From IMG/VR virus record IMGVR_UViG_3300033148_006306, positions 1 through 52,786 of that record: a stretch of DNA of 52,786 bases. The stretch is one strand, 5' to 3'. The DNA is from a virus. Lineage: Duplodnaviria > Caudoviricetes. Below, one piece after another: positions 18,811-27,669 of the stretch. The notes beneath the pieces are model-generated. The model was given only the letters and a program-made list of their open reading frames with translations, searched no databases and was not told where the DNA came from. Position numbers and translations under genes: made by a program. Numbering within the stretch: the stretch's first letter is position 1; each line of letters starts with the position of its first letter.

Positions 18811-19152
18811 ATGTCAGCAAGAGACTTGATAGATAAGACACGAGCATCATTTGTAGACTCATCAAGTGCTCCTACAAGAGCGATTGTCTATACAAGAAGC
18901 AGTGATGATTTAGAAATCTCTTTAAACGCATTTGTCAGCGGAATAGAGTTTAACCAAGATGATAAAGATAGTAAAACAGCTAACAGAATCTCTTGTAGAA
19001 CTCTAATCTTAGAAGAAGAACCGACTAAAACCGACAAAATAACAGTAGATGGAACAGTCTATAATGTTAGAATGTGGGATAAAACCGGTAACGCATACAC
19101 AGTCGAAGCCGACACCAAGCGAAATAAAGTCACATCGAGAAAATTCAAATGA
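18811..19152 (+). CDS. Head closure protein (gpFII-like)
   Basis: Size, position and PTKTDKITVDGTVYNV pattern. Confidence 0.65.
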   Translation: MSARDLIDKTRASFVDSSSAPTRAIVYTRSSDDLEISLNAFVSGIEFNQDDKDSKTANRISCRTLILEEEPTKTDKITVDGTVYNVRMWDKTGNAYTVEADTKRNKVTSRKFK

Positions 19153-19802
19153 TAGTAGAAATCAACGATACGACAACCCCAATGCTATCAGCAATAGGTA
19201 AAGTCAGTCGTGAAGTTGGTTTTGAACATATGAGTAAAATCGGTAATGCAGTTAGAAAAAACGCTGGTAACAGAATGAGGTCAACAAGAAACCGACATCA
19301 TTGGTTTCAAAAACCAGATAAAAATGGAATACTAAAGCCATACTACAGCACAGAAACCAAAGAGCTTGGTCAAAGGACTAAGCGTGATGGAAAAACTGTC
19401 AACAATCCAGATAGTATGAGCAATATGATTTCATCTTTTTTAATGGAAAGATCAGGTGTCTTGATAGTTGGAGGTAGAAATAAAGCTTTTACCCCAATCA
19501 AAAGACGAGATGGAGAAATAGTAGGAGTTGAAAAAAGGCAAGGAACAATCACTGCCCACACTCAATCTATAATCCACAAACTTGATACCGGTGAAAGAAA
19601 CTCTGCTCATCATTGGCTTAATGGTCAAGGCAAGTATTTTGAACATTGGAAGTTTAGAGGCAGACACTTTATGATAAAAGGCTTCGGAGACTCGATACCT
19701 TACATGAAACAGCAACTTACAAGTGGGTATGAAAAAACCGTAGGTCGAGCAGTAAATAAAGTAAAAGTTAAAATTAAACCAAGCAAAAGGGTAGTGGCAT
19801 GA
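19149..19802 (+). CDS. Putative neck / tail completion protein
   Basis: Basic 217-aa protein in neck position. Confidence 0.55.
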   Translation: MIVEINDTTTPMLSAIGKVSREVGFEHMSKIGNAVRKNAGNRMRSTRNRHHWFQKPDKNGILKPYYSTETKELGQRTKRDGKTVNNPDSMSNMISSFLMERSGVLIVGGRNKAFTPIKRRDGEIVGVEKRQGTITAHTQSIIHKLDTGERNSAHHWLNGQGKYFEHWKFRGRHFMIKGFGDSIPYMKQQLTSGYEKTVGRAVNKVKVKIKPSKRVVA

Positions 19803-20278
19803 GTGTAACAATGAGAGGAATTTCAAGGTTTTTTGCTGAAACACTAAACGAAAATGCTGAGTTTATCGCACTAAGTCAAAGTCTGATTTCAGACGAGTTT
19901 AACTATTTTGTGAATGTAGACTTGGCAACAGTAGAAGTGCCTTTGCCTTATTTTGGAATAGTTACTTTCAATGACAAAGATGACAGAGAAGTAGAGAAAA
20001 AGTTTCAGACTCAATTCTTAATAGGAATATCAAGAGAAAAGCCTGATTTTGTAGATGGTGAAATAACAGAAGAGCCAACTCTTGATAACTTAGAACAGTT
20101 GTCAAGAAAAGCCTATGAAGTTATAACAAATGAAATGAGAATTTTTGGCATACAGGGCAGTAAAAATGTCAGAGTTTCTTATGTGAATATGTATGTACCT
20201 GCTACTGATGGTGAAGATGACCTTCAGATGCAGATAGATATAGAAATAGAACAAGATATGTATTTATCTTGCAATTAA
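19799..20278 (+). CDS. Putative tail terminator
   Basis: Acidic 159-aa protein just upstream of tail tube. Confidence 0.55.
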   Translation: MSVTMRGISRFFAETLNENAEFIALSQSLISDEFNYFVNVDLATVEVPLPYFGIVTFNDKDDREVEKKFQTQFLIGISREKPDFVDGEITEEPTLDNLEQLSRKAYEVITNEMRIFGIQGSKNVRVSYVNMYVPATDGEDDLQMQIDIEIEQDMYLSCN

Positions 20279-20295
20279 AAAAGTAAAGGAATAAC

Positions 20296-21489
20296 ATGTC
20301 AGGTTTTTTAACTACAAGAGTCTTACTCACAAGAGAAGATGCAGCAGGAGACATTCAATCAAACCCTGTATGTATAGAGTATCTTTCTGAGTCATTTGAC
20401 TTAAAAGAGGAACAGGCTTCAGAAGAAGTAAATCTTCTAGGTTCAGGCGGTGATGCTTCACCAATGGCGTTTGGAACATCAAGTTTCACTGGTTCATTAG
20501 GACATGTCATCAGCATTGACAACTCTCCAATCGTACTTACTCACGTTCTTGGTGCAGCACTTACATCAGCAAACGCTACAGCAGAAGTTTGGACAGCAGA
20601 TACAGCATATGATGTAGGTGACTTAGCAAATGGCGTGGCAAACGCAAAACATACATTTGTTTGTGTGTCTGTAACGGGTACGGCAAAAAGCCATGCTACA
20701 ACAGAGCCAACGCTTGAAGCTGATCCTAATGATGATAGAAATGTAAAAGTAGTAGATAATGAGGTTACATGGGTAGTTATGCCTAAGCTAATCACTGATA
20801 CTTATGAACTTACTCAAATTATGCCAACTTTCACAATAGAGTATGAACTTGAAGATCCAAGTGCTAATAAATTCTATAAAAGATTCAGTGGCGTAAGAAT
20901 GAACTCACTTCCGATTGCAATGACAGGTGGAACAATCTCATTAAAAGCTTCTATAGACTTCTTAGGTGTTTCGGCACTAGATAGTGAAGATGATGACTGG
21001 GTAGAACCACTTGCAGACATCACAGGTGCAAAAATCGTACCAAACTTCAAAGACTACTACTCTTATGAAGATTGTTTAGTAAAAGTAGATACAGTAGACC
21101 TATGTGAAACAGAATCTGTAAACATAGATTTAAACAGAAATGTAACAGTAGATGATGCAGTAAATGGCTGTAAAATTTCAAATGTTGGTATTCCAAATGC
21201 TAATGGCTCTATGAGTCGTGTTTTTGAAACAGCAGATTTTAACAACGCTAAAACTCACACTGATTTTGCATTGCAATTCGCATTTACAAAACTAAACGGA
21301 TGTGCTTTAACACTAGACTATCCTCTAGTAAAACCAAAACTAGCTGATCCAATCCAATCAATAGACAAACAAGTAATGATGTCTGTAGATATTTCAGCAT
21401 ATGGTGTATCAGGAACAAAATCTGTTCAAGCATCAGTAACATACCCTGGTCTTTACGACTCAACAGGTACATTAGTCGGAGCTTATTAA
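20296..21489 (+). CDS. Major tail tube protein
   Basis: Position and beta-rich profile; internal WTADTAYDVGD...VVDNEVTW insert. Confidence 0.8.
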   Translation: MSGFLTTRVLLTREDAAGDIQSNPVCIEYLSESFDLKEEQASEEVNLLGSGGDASPMAFGTSSFTGSLGHVISIDNSPIVLTHVLGAALTSANATAEVWTADTAYDVGDLANGVANAKHTFVCVSVTGTAKSHATTEPTLEADPNDDRNVKVVDNEVTWVVMPKLITDTYELTQIMPTFTIEYELEDPSANKFYKRFSGVRMNSLPIAMTGGTISLKASIDFLGVSALDSEDDDWVEPLADITGAKIVPNFKDYYSYEDCLVKVDTVDLCETESVNIDLNRNVTVDDAVNGCKISNVGIPNANGSMSRVFETADFNNAKTHTDFALQFAFTKLNGCALTLDYPLVKPKLADPIQSIDKQVMMSVDISAYGVSGTKSVQASVTYPGLYDSTGTLVGAY

Positions 21490-21607
21490 GCTTTGGGGTT
21501 AAGACATTTCCTTGTTTTTTGTCTTAGCCCTACCATAACAAACAAGGACAACCTTTTATAAAATCAAAAAATAAGATATAATAGTGTATTCAAAACAAGG
21601 ATACATC

Positions 21608-22210
21608 ATGATAAACAGTAAGATAAATCAAGAAGCGTTAATCGCTTTGTCACAAGCATACGCACTAGACAACACAGCCATAACAGACCGCATAGAGTCG
21701 ATACTTCTCCCAGACAACCAAGAACTCCCAGAGGAACTTCAAAAATGTTTAGAAAGTTGGGGAAATAATCCAGTAGATGAACCAAGTTATGATGAAAAAA
21801 TCATAGACAAAGCAACACTGGAAGAAATGAAACTCATAGCAATCAAAGATATAAATATAGATGACTTTACTGCAATGGATATAGCAGTGCTCTCAGATAG
21901 AGTTTATAAAAAAGTCACAAACCAAATAGACGATGACGGAAAATACAAAACCACTCCAACCATCAACAATGTAAAGCTTCCACGCACTACTCAACTAAGA
22001 GCACTAAAAAAACTTGCAACAGATGGAGCAAGTGAAGATAAAATAGATAAAGAGATATTTAAAATCGCTGGTGTTAAAGAAAAAGACCTGTCAAAATGGG
22101 AAGCAGACATAATAAAAGAGATGTTCTTTGCATATGTTCAAGCGGTGGATAGTGATACTATGGGAAGCCATACTGACCGTACACCATTTGCAAGATATAT
22201 AAAAAACTAA
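21608..22210 (+). CDS. Tail assembly chaperone (gpG-like)
   Basis: Between tube and tape measure; ends in slippery A AAA AAC; ATG 21608 with AAGGA SD. Confidence 0.75.
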   Translation: MINSKINQEALIALSQAYALDNTAITDRIESILLPDNQELPEELQKCLESWGNNPVDEPSYDEKIIDKATLEEMKLIAIKDINIDDFTAMDIAVLSDRVYKKVTNQIDDDGKYKTTPTINNVKLPRTTQLRALKKLATDGASEDKIDKEIFKIAGVKEKDLSKWEADIIKEMFFAYVQAVDSDTMGSHTDRTPFARYIKN

Positions 22211-22590
22211 TCGAGTGGCTTTTTGACGAACAAAGAGTCCTAAAGTATAAAACTCTAAGAAAAAATAAGACCAAGGAGATATTTGAGAAAACGCTTCAAG
22301 CAGCACAGCTTGAAGAACTAATGTATCCAGGTTCAAAAAAAGAAACACTATGGATTGTGTATCTCCCACCAGCACCTAGTCATGTAGTAAAGTTTTTCAA
22401 CTTCTTACAAACACACATAACACTAGATGTAACAAACGTGTCTATGGAAGGAAAAGTATCTGTTAGCTTTAGAGAAACCAGATACGGCTTGGCAAATCTT
22501 ATGGAAAAAGAAGGTTACGACTACAACATATACCAATGTTTTGTAGATGCCTTTGAAGAAAAGCTACTTTTACAGCACTATGGGAAATAA
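22201..22590 (+). CDS. Frameshift extension of tail chaperone (gpT-like)
   Basis: The -1 frame from AAAAAAC (22201-22207) reads KKLIEWLF... open into ORF 22321-22590. Confidence 0.8.
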   Translation, partial: KKLIEWLFDEQRVLKYKTLRKNKTKEIFEKTLQAAQLEELMYPGSKKETLWIVYLPPAPSHVVKFFNFLQTHITLDVTNVSMEGKVSVSFRETRYGLANLMEKEGYDYNIYQCFVDAFEEKLLLQHYGK

Positions 22591-22614
22591 TCCATAGGTG
22601 ATATAGCCTACTCT

Positions 22615-23277
22615 CTATATAGTAAAGTTTTTTGTATGCTCTAATTTATGGCAGATGATATAACTATCATAAGCAGTTGCTCCATCTATAGGTAAATCAA
22701 AATATCCAAGATGTATTCTTCTGTAATTAACAGTAATAGATGCAACCCATTTTTGAGCGGATTTATTATACCAAACACCTCTATATCCACTTGTGTTATT
22801 TTTTCTTATTCTCCTAGTATTTCTTGCTTGAACAATTCTAGTAGTCCACTTGCAGTTGTGGGGAGTATAATCTTTATCATTATTTTTTCTTTCGAGAGTT
22901 AAACTGTCTTTATAGCCATTGGCAAGTGCCCAAGTTTGAAAAATGGCAAAATCTATTCTCCATTCATCGCAGATATGAATATTTCTTTTGCCATAGTCAA
23001 CAAAACTCTTATTGTTAGGATTGTAGCATCTAGCTTTCATGGTGTTCCATACATCATATAGTTTTGATTTTCTGCCACCATGTCTAGTCATGGCACAACT
23101 CTTGCAAGATTTTATTTTTCCTCTTTTAATACTATTAGCCATGGTTTTAAATTCAGCGTTGCACACTTGACATAATACCAACCAATATCTTGATTTAGTT
23201 TTACTAGAAGCATTTGCATAAGAGTAACCTAAATCCTTTAAAAAAATAGGTGTAGTTTTTTTGATTGTTTTATCCAT
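22615..23277 (-). CDS. HNH/AP2-domain homing endonuclease
   Basis: WNTMKARC, LERKNNDKDYTPHNCKW, NTSGYRGV...IHLGYF AP2 domain. Confidence 0.9.
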   Translation of the reverse strand: MDKTIKKTTPIFLKDLGYSYANASSKTKSRYWLVLCQVCNAEFKTMANSIKRGKIKSCKSCAMTRHGGRKSKLYDVWNTMKARCYNPNNKSFVDYGKRNIHICDEWRIDFAIFQTWALANGYKDSLTLERKNNDKDYTPHNCKWTTRIVQARNTRRIRKNNTSGYRGVWYNKSAQKWVASITVNYRRIHLGYFDLPIDGATAYDSYIICHKLEHTKNFTI

Positions 23278-23349
23278 TTGAAGTTCCTAACTTAAATTTC
23301 TAACTTTAATGGACGAGAGGGTAATTAATCCTCTCTAAGTTAGAAGTAC

Positions 23350-23414
23350 ATTATAGCATAAGACATACAAAAAGTCTTGACTTATATCAATATTCATAAG
23401 AATTTAGATATAAT
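23350..23414. promoter_or_regulatory. Divergent promoters (HNH and tape measure) sharing one FNR-type box
   Basis: Box TTGACTTATATCAA 23377-23390; minus TATAAT 23350-23355 (21 bp away), plus TATAAT 23409-23414 (18 bp away). Confidence 0.65.
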
Positions 23415-23443
23415 TAATGAAACAAACTCTCTAAGGTTTTGAT

Positions 23444-26320
23444 ATGGCAAACATTATAAATACTTTTACCCTCAAGCTTCAAGACCAAGACTTCAAAAGC
23501 AACCTAGAGAATCTTCAAAAAACTCAACAGCAGTACCAACAGCAAATAGCAAAAGGTCTGGTAGACAGTGCAAACAAAACCCAAAACCTAAGAAAAATAG
23601 AAGAGAAAGCACTAAAAGCTAAATCAAAACTGCTAACAGAAGGTCTATCAAAATCAGATAAACGAATAAAAGCAATAGACAAAACGATAGCTTCTACTAA
23701 GCTACTAGTTCAAGCAGAGAAGAAAAGCACAACCGGTCTAAAAGAAGCTGAGATAGCACTAGATAAAGTTTATGGTCAGCAAATAAAATCAACTAAAGCA
23801 ACAGAACAACAAACTCTTGCAAGTAAAAAACTTTTAACAGTAAATCAACATCTTGCAAAAGCACAATTTCAGCAAAAAAAAGCAACACCAACTTCAAGGG
23901 GAGTTTGGGACACAAAAGATATGAGGTCTTATTATACTGAACTTGAAAAATCAACTAAAGCAACAGATAAAAACTCAAAAGCAAAAAAGATAAACGCTGA
24001 ATCAACCTCTAGTCTGGCAAATCAAACAATCCGTTATCTAAGATGGGCTGGTACAATCGTAGGGGTACTATACGCAGTAAACAGAGTTTGGAGAGTAACA
24101 CTAGGTACTGGTATAGAAGTAAACAAGATGATGGAAGACAACACTTCCGGTATCGGTGCTTTACTCTCAGCAAACACACAAATGGTACTCTCAAACGGTG
24201 AAATGGTAGATAGCTATGAAAAGTTCAAGTTAGGTCAACAAGTAGCAACAAAAACAATGGATGAACTAAGAAAAGCATCTATAAGAACATATGCAACTTT
24301 TCCACAACTAACTGAAATCTTCCAACAGGCAATAGGTCAAACTCTTTCGATGGGGAAGGCGTTTGGTAGTACAGTAAAAGAAATTAATTCAAATACTATT
24401 GAATTATCTCAAAGAATGTCGAACATAGCAGGTGCTATCGGTATGCCGATGGACAGAGTGCGTGAGGAAATTAGAAGTTTACTTAGTGCCAATGCTTCGA
24501 CTGATTCATTAATAGCAACAATGCTCTTTGGTTCACCTACCGAAGCGAATAAAGCAATTCGTATGGCTAAAGACAGAGGAGAAGGTGGACTTACACGATT
24601 GCTAAACTCTGTACTCGCACCTTTTGACGCACTGGAAAATGTAGATAGCTATACTCGTTCACTATTACAACTAGAAGATGCTTGGTCACAACTATGGCAA
24701 ACTGCTTCTCAACCACTTTTTGAGACATTAAAAGATACTTTCAAAGATTTGGCAGTAGATATAAATGATGCTAAAAATGCTCTGCAAGAATGGAGAATAG
24801 AAATTAACAGCATAGCAGATGTATCAAAAAAGTCTGGTTTAGCGGTAATTCAAGACCAAATAAGACAAACAGCTAAAACCATAGCAGAATTAGAGCAAGA
24901 CAAAGGCTCTATGTTTGGTCTTTTCGATAAAGCTAAAGAGATTGACATAAAAAGACTAAAAACTGCGTTAGTTGAACTCAAAAAAGTTTATAAAGAACTT
25001 AGCGAAGAGAGCGTAAAAGCACCATCTTTAGCAACAGAACTAACCGTAGATAAAAAGTTTTTAGATGAAACAGCATCTTTGATGCAAAAAAACAAGACTA
25101 AAACTCTTCAAATAGAAGAACAAATCACAAAAGCTCAAAAACAACAGGAAATACTCCAAAAAAGAATTGCAATAAGAGATGGAGCACACACAAAAAATGC
25201 AGAACTAAGAAGATTAGCCGATGTAAAAAATGTAGCAGATAAAAAACTAATAGTAGCCCTAGAAGGAAGAATACAACAGCATGTAAAAGAAATAGCAGAG
25301 ATACGAGAAAAAGCTAATGATAAAGAATCTAAAGCACTCGATAGAAGATTTAACGAAATACGAAAAAATCAAAATGCTCAACACAAAGTATTTACAGATC
25401 GTGATAAGTCCATAGACGACCAATATAAAAAAGTAGAAGATTACCAAAATCAAGGTTTTGACAACTGGAAAAGAATTCAAAAAGAAAAAGAACAAGAAGC
25501 CCAAAAAGCATTTCAAGCACAACAAAACTTCAGAAGACTCCAAGCGGAACTCATAAGAGATGAGAAAGCAAGAGCAATAGAGTTAGCTAAAATAAATCTT
25601 GATTCAAGAAGAGCAGAACTTCTAGTACTCAAAGAAAAAGAGGGATGGACAGACGAATACTATACAAATGTTTTAGCAGCAGAAGAAGAACTCTCAAGAC
25701 GAATAATGCAAGGCTACACAGAATACGGTCAACTGATGGCAACCGTAGGCAACTCAATGGAGTCAAGCTTCTCAGATTTCTTCGACTTCACAAGTGACGG
25801 TTTTATGGATATGGAAGATATGGCACTAGATGTCCTTGATTCAATATACAAAGCACTTCTGAAAAACTACATAATTGGAGAAGCTACAACAGCAACAACC
25901 GGAGGCTCAGGAATAGTAGGAGCGATAACTAGTTTTGACTATTCAAGCCTATTCGCAAAAGGTGATGCTTTTAGCAATAGCCCATCACTCTCAGCACATT
26001 CAAATACGGTAGTATCTCAGCCAACACCATTCTTTTTTGCTACCGGAGGCGTACCAAATCTAGGAATAATGGGTGAAGCTGGAAGAGAAGCAATAATGCC
26101 ACTAACAAGAACATCAGATGGCGACCTTGGAGTAAAAGCAGTATCACAAGCACCTAAAAAAATAACAGTAAATATAGTTAATGAAAGCGGTCAAGAAGTC
26201 CAAGCCACACAAGCAGAATCAAGTTTTGATATGGAAGGTACAGTAATAAGCATCGTAATAGATGCAGTTCAAACGAATAGAATGGGTGCAAGAGATGTAC
26301 TAATGGGAGGTAATAGCTAA
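23444..26320 (+). CDS. Tail tape measure protein
   Basis: 958 aa helical; lambda-like C-terminus FATGG...GIMGEAGREAIMPL. Confidence 0.9.
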   Translation: MANIINTFTLKLQDQDFKSNLENLQKTQQQYQQQIAKGLVDSANKTQNLRKIEEKALKAKSKLLTEGLSKSDKRIKAIDKTIASTKLLVQAEKKSTTGLKEAEIALDKVYGQQIKSTKATEQQTLASKKLLTVNQHLAKAQFQQKKATPTSRGVWDTKDMRSYYTELEKSTKATDKNSKAKKINAESTSSLANQTIRYLRWAGTIVGVLYAVNRVWRVTLGTGIEVNKMMEDNTSGIGALLSANTQMVLSNGEMVDSYEKFKLGQQVATKTMDELRKASIRTYATFPQLTEIFQQAIGQTLSMGKAFGSTVKEINSNTIELSQRMSNIAGAIGMPMDRVREEIRSLLSANASTDSLIATMLFGSPTEANKAIRMAKDRGEGGLTRLLNSVLAPFDALENVDSYTRSLLQLEDAWSQLWQTASQPLFETLKDTFKDLAVDINDAKNALQEWRIEINSIADVSKKSGLAVIQDQIRQTAKTIAELEQDKGSMFGLFDKAKEIDIKRLKTALVELKKVYKELSEESVKAPSLATELTVDKKFLDETASLMQKNKTKTLQIEEQITKAQKQQEILQKRIAIRDGAHTKNAELRRLADVKNVADKKLIVALEGRIQQHVKEIAEIREKANDKESKALDRRFNEIRKNQNAQHKVFTDRDKSIDDQYKKVEDYQNQGFDNWKRIQKEKEQEAQKAFQAQQNFRRLQAELIRDEKARAIELAKINLDSRRAELLVLKEKEGWTDEYYTNVLAAEEELSRRIMQGYTEYGQLMATVGNSMESSFSDFFDFTSDGFMDMEDMALDVLDSIYKALLKNYIIGEATTATTGGSGIVGAITSFDYSSLFAKGDAFSNSPSLSAHSNTVVSQPTPFFFATGGVPNLGIMGEAGREAIMPLTRTSDGDLGVKAVSQAPKKITVNIVNESGQEVQATQAESSFDMEGTVISIVIDAVQTNRMGARDVLMGGNS

Positions 26321-26658
26321 TGGCAACATATCCAACAGAACCAAAAGTAAGAGCATCAGGATCAAATAGAGAAATAGAAATACCAACTACAAAAAGTGAA
26401 TCAGATGGAGCATATACTAAAGAAAGAAGAACAACAACAAGAGAAAAAAGAAGATGGAAACTCAACTATAACAATATAACCAAAGATGAGTTTGAGATAT
26501 TAGAGAATTTTTTTATAGCAAACAAGGGACTGACTTTTCAATTCACATACCCTGGAACAGCAACAGAATATGATGTAGGCTTTGCTCAAGATAAGATAGC
26601 AGAAGCAGAAAAAGATGGTGTTTTAGTCTCAACATCAGTGGAATTGGAAGAACGATAA
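26320..26658 (+). CDS. Distal tail protein (gpM-like)
   Basis: 112 aa after tape measure; RRWKLNY...FQFTYP. Confidence 0.75.
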   Translation: MATYPTEPKVRASGSNREIEIPTTKSESDGAYTKERRTTTREKRRWKLNYNNITKDEFEILENFFIANKGLTFQFTYPGTATEYDVGFAQDKIAEAEKDGVLVSTSVELEER

Positions 26659-27290
26659 TGTCATTAAGTTCTCAAACCATACAAGACAAAAACGCCCTTT
26701 CAACAGATGCAGTTTTTCTCGTACTACTAGAAATAAACATACCATCAGTAGAAACAATCAGACTAATAAACAACACAGAAGACATAACATGGGACTCCGC
26801 ACTATGGCAACAATTTCCTTTTACTCTATCAGACATAAGCCAAACTTCAAAAAGTGAAGTCTCTCAATGGACACTAAAAGTGGCAAACGCTACTAGAGTA
26901 ATGGAAAGATATATGCAAGATTATGACTTTTACTTAAAAAATAATGGAGTAGATGGCAACGAAATAGAGTGTATAATCAGAGTAATAAATACAAACGACA
27001 TAGATAACACAACACCGATAGCAGAGTTCCCATCATTACTCCAACACTCAACCACTGATGCAGCGTGGGCTACTTTCAAACTAACATCAAGAAACCTATA
27101 TAGTCAACAATTTCCACAAAGAATAATCTACAAAAACTTTTGCTCTTGGGATTTTAAAAGTACACAGTGCCAATACTCAGGAGATGGAGAGTTTTGTGAT
27201 AAGACTTTAACAAACTGTAGAGCCTATTCAAACTCACCTCGCTTTGGCGGCTTCCCAGGTGTTTCAGGAAGAGGACTTGTCGTTGTTTAG
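26658..27290 (+). CDS. Minor tail protein (gpL-like)
   Basis: C-terminal Cys cluster CSW..C..CDKTLTNC...RFGGFPG. Confidence 0.85.
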   Translation: MSLSSQTIQDKNALSTDAVFLVLLEINIPSVETIRLINNTEDITWDSALWQQFPFTLSDISQTSKSEVSQWTLKVANATRVMERYMQDYDFYLKNNGVDGNEIECIIRVINTNDIDNTTPIAEFPSLLQHSTTDAAWATFKLTSRNLYSQQFPQRIIYKNFCSWDFKSTQCQYSGDGEFCDKTLTNCRAYSNSPRFGGFPGVSGRGLVVV

Positions 27291-27669
27291 TAATTATATA
27301 GGAATCCCATTTAAAGACAGAGCAGATACAGAAGAGAGTGCAGACTGCTTTGGTCTAGTCAGACTCATTTACAAGCAGATACTCAAAATAGAAGTCTTTA
27401 AGCCAAATTCTAGTGCATTTAACAGTAGAAGCGTACTAAGAGAGTTTTTAGAAGAGACATCAAGAAACTGGGATGAGGTTCAGAATTTGGAGAAATACGA
27501 TGTAATAGCAATGGCTCACGACCCAAAACATCCTGATATAATACAACACTTTGGAATATACATCGGAAATAGTAAAATGATACACACACTTAAAGGTGTA
27601 GGAAGCCACATATCGAATATTCACGAATACAAATACTTCATAAAAGGGTTTTATAGATGGCAGGAGTAG
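27277..27669 (+). CDS. NlpC/P60 tail assembly protein (gpK-like)
   Basis: YIGIPF, DCFGLV, HFGIYIG..MIH; start uncertain (TTG 27277 or 27283). Confidence 0.88.
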   Translation: MSLFSNYIGIPFKDRADTEESADCFGLVRLIYKQILKIEVFKPNSSAFNSRSVLREFLEETSRNWDEVQNLEKYDVIAMAHDPKHPDIIQHFGIYIGNSKMIHTLKGVGSHISNIHEYKYFIKGFYRWQE

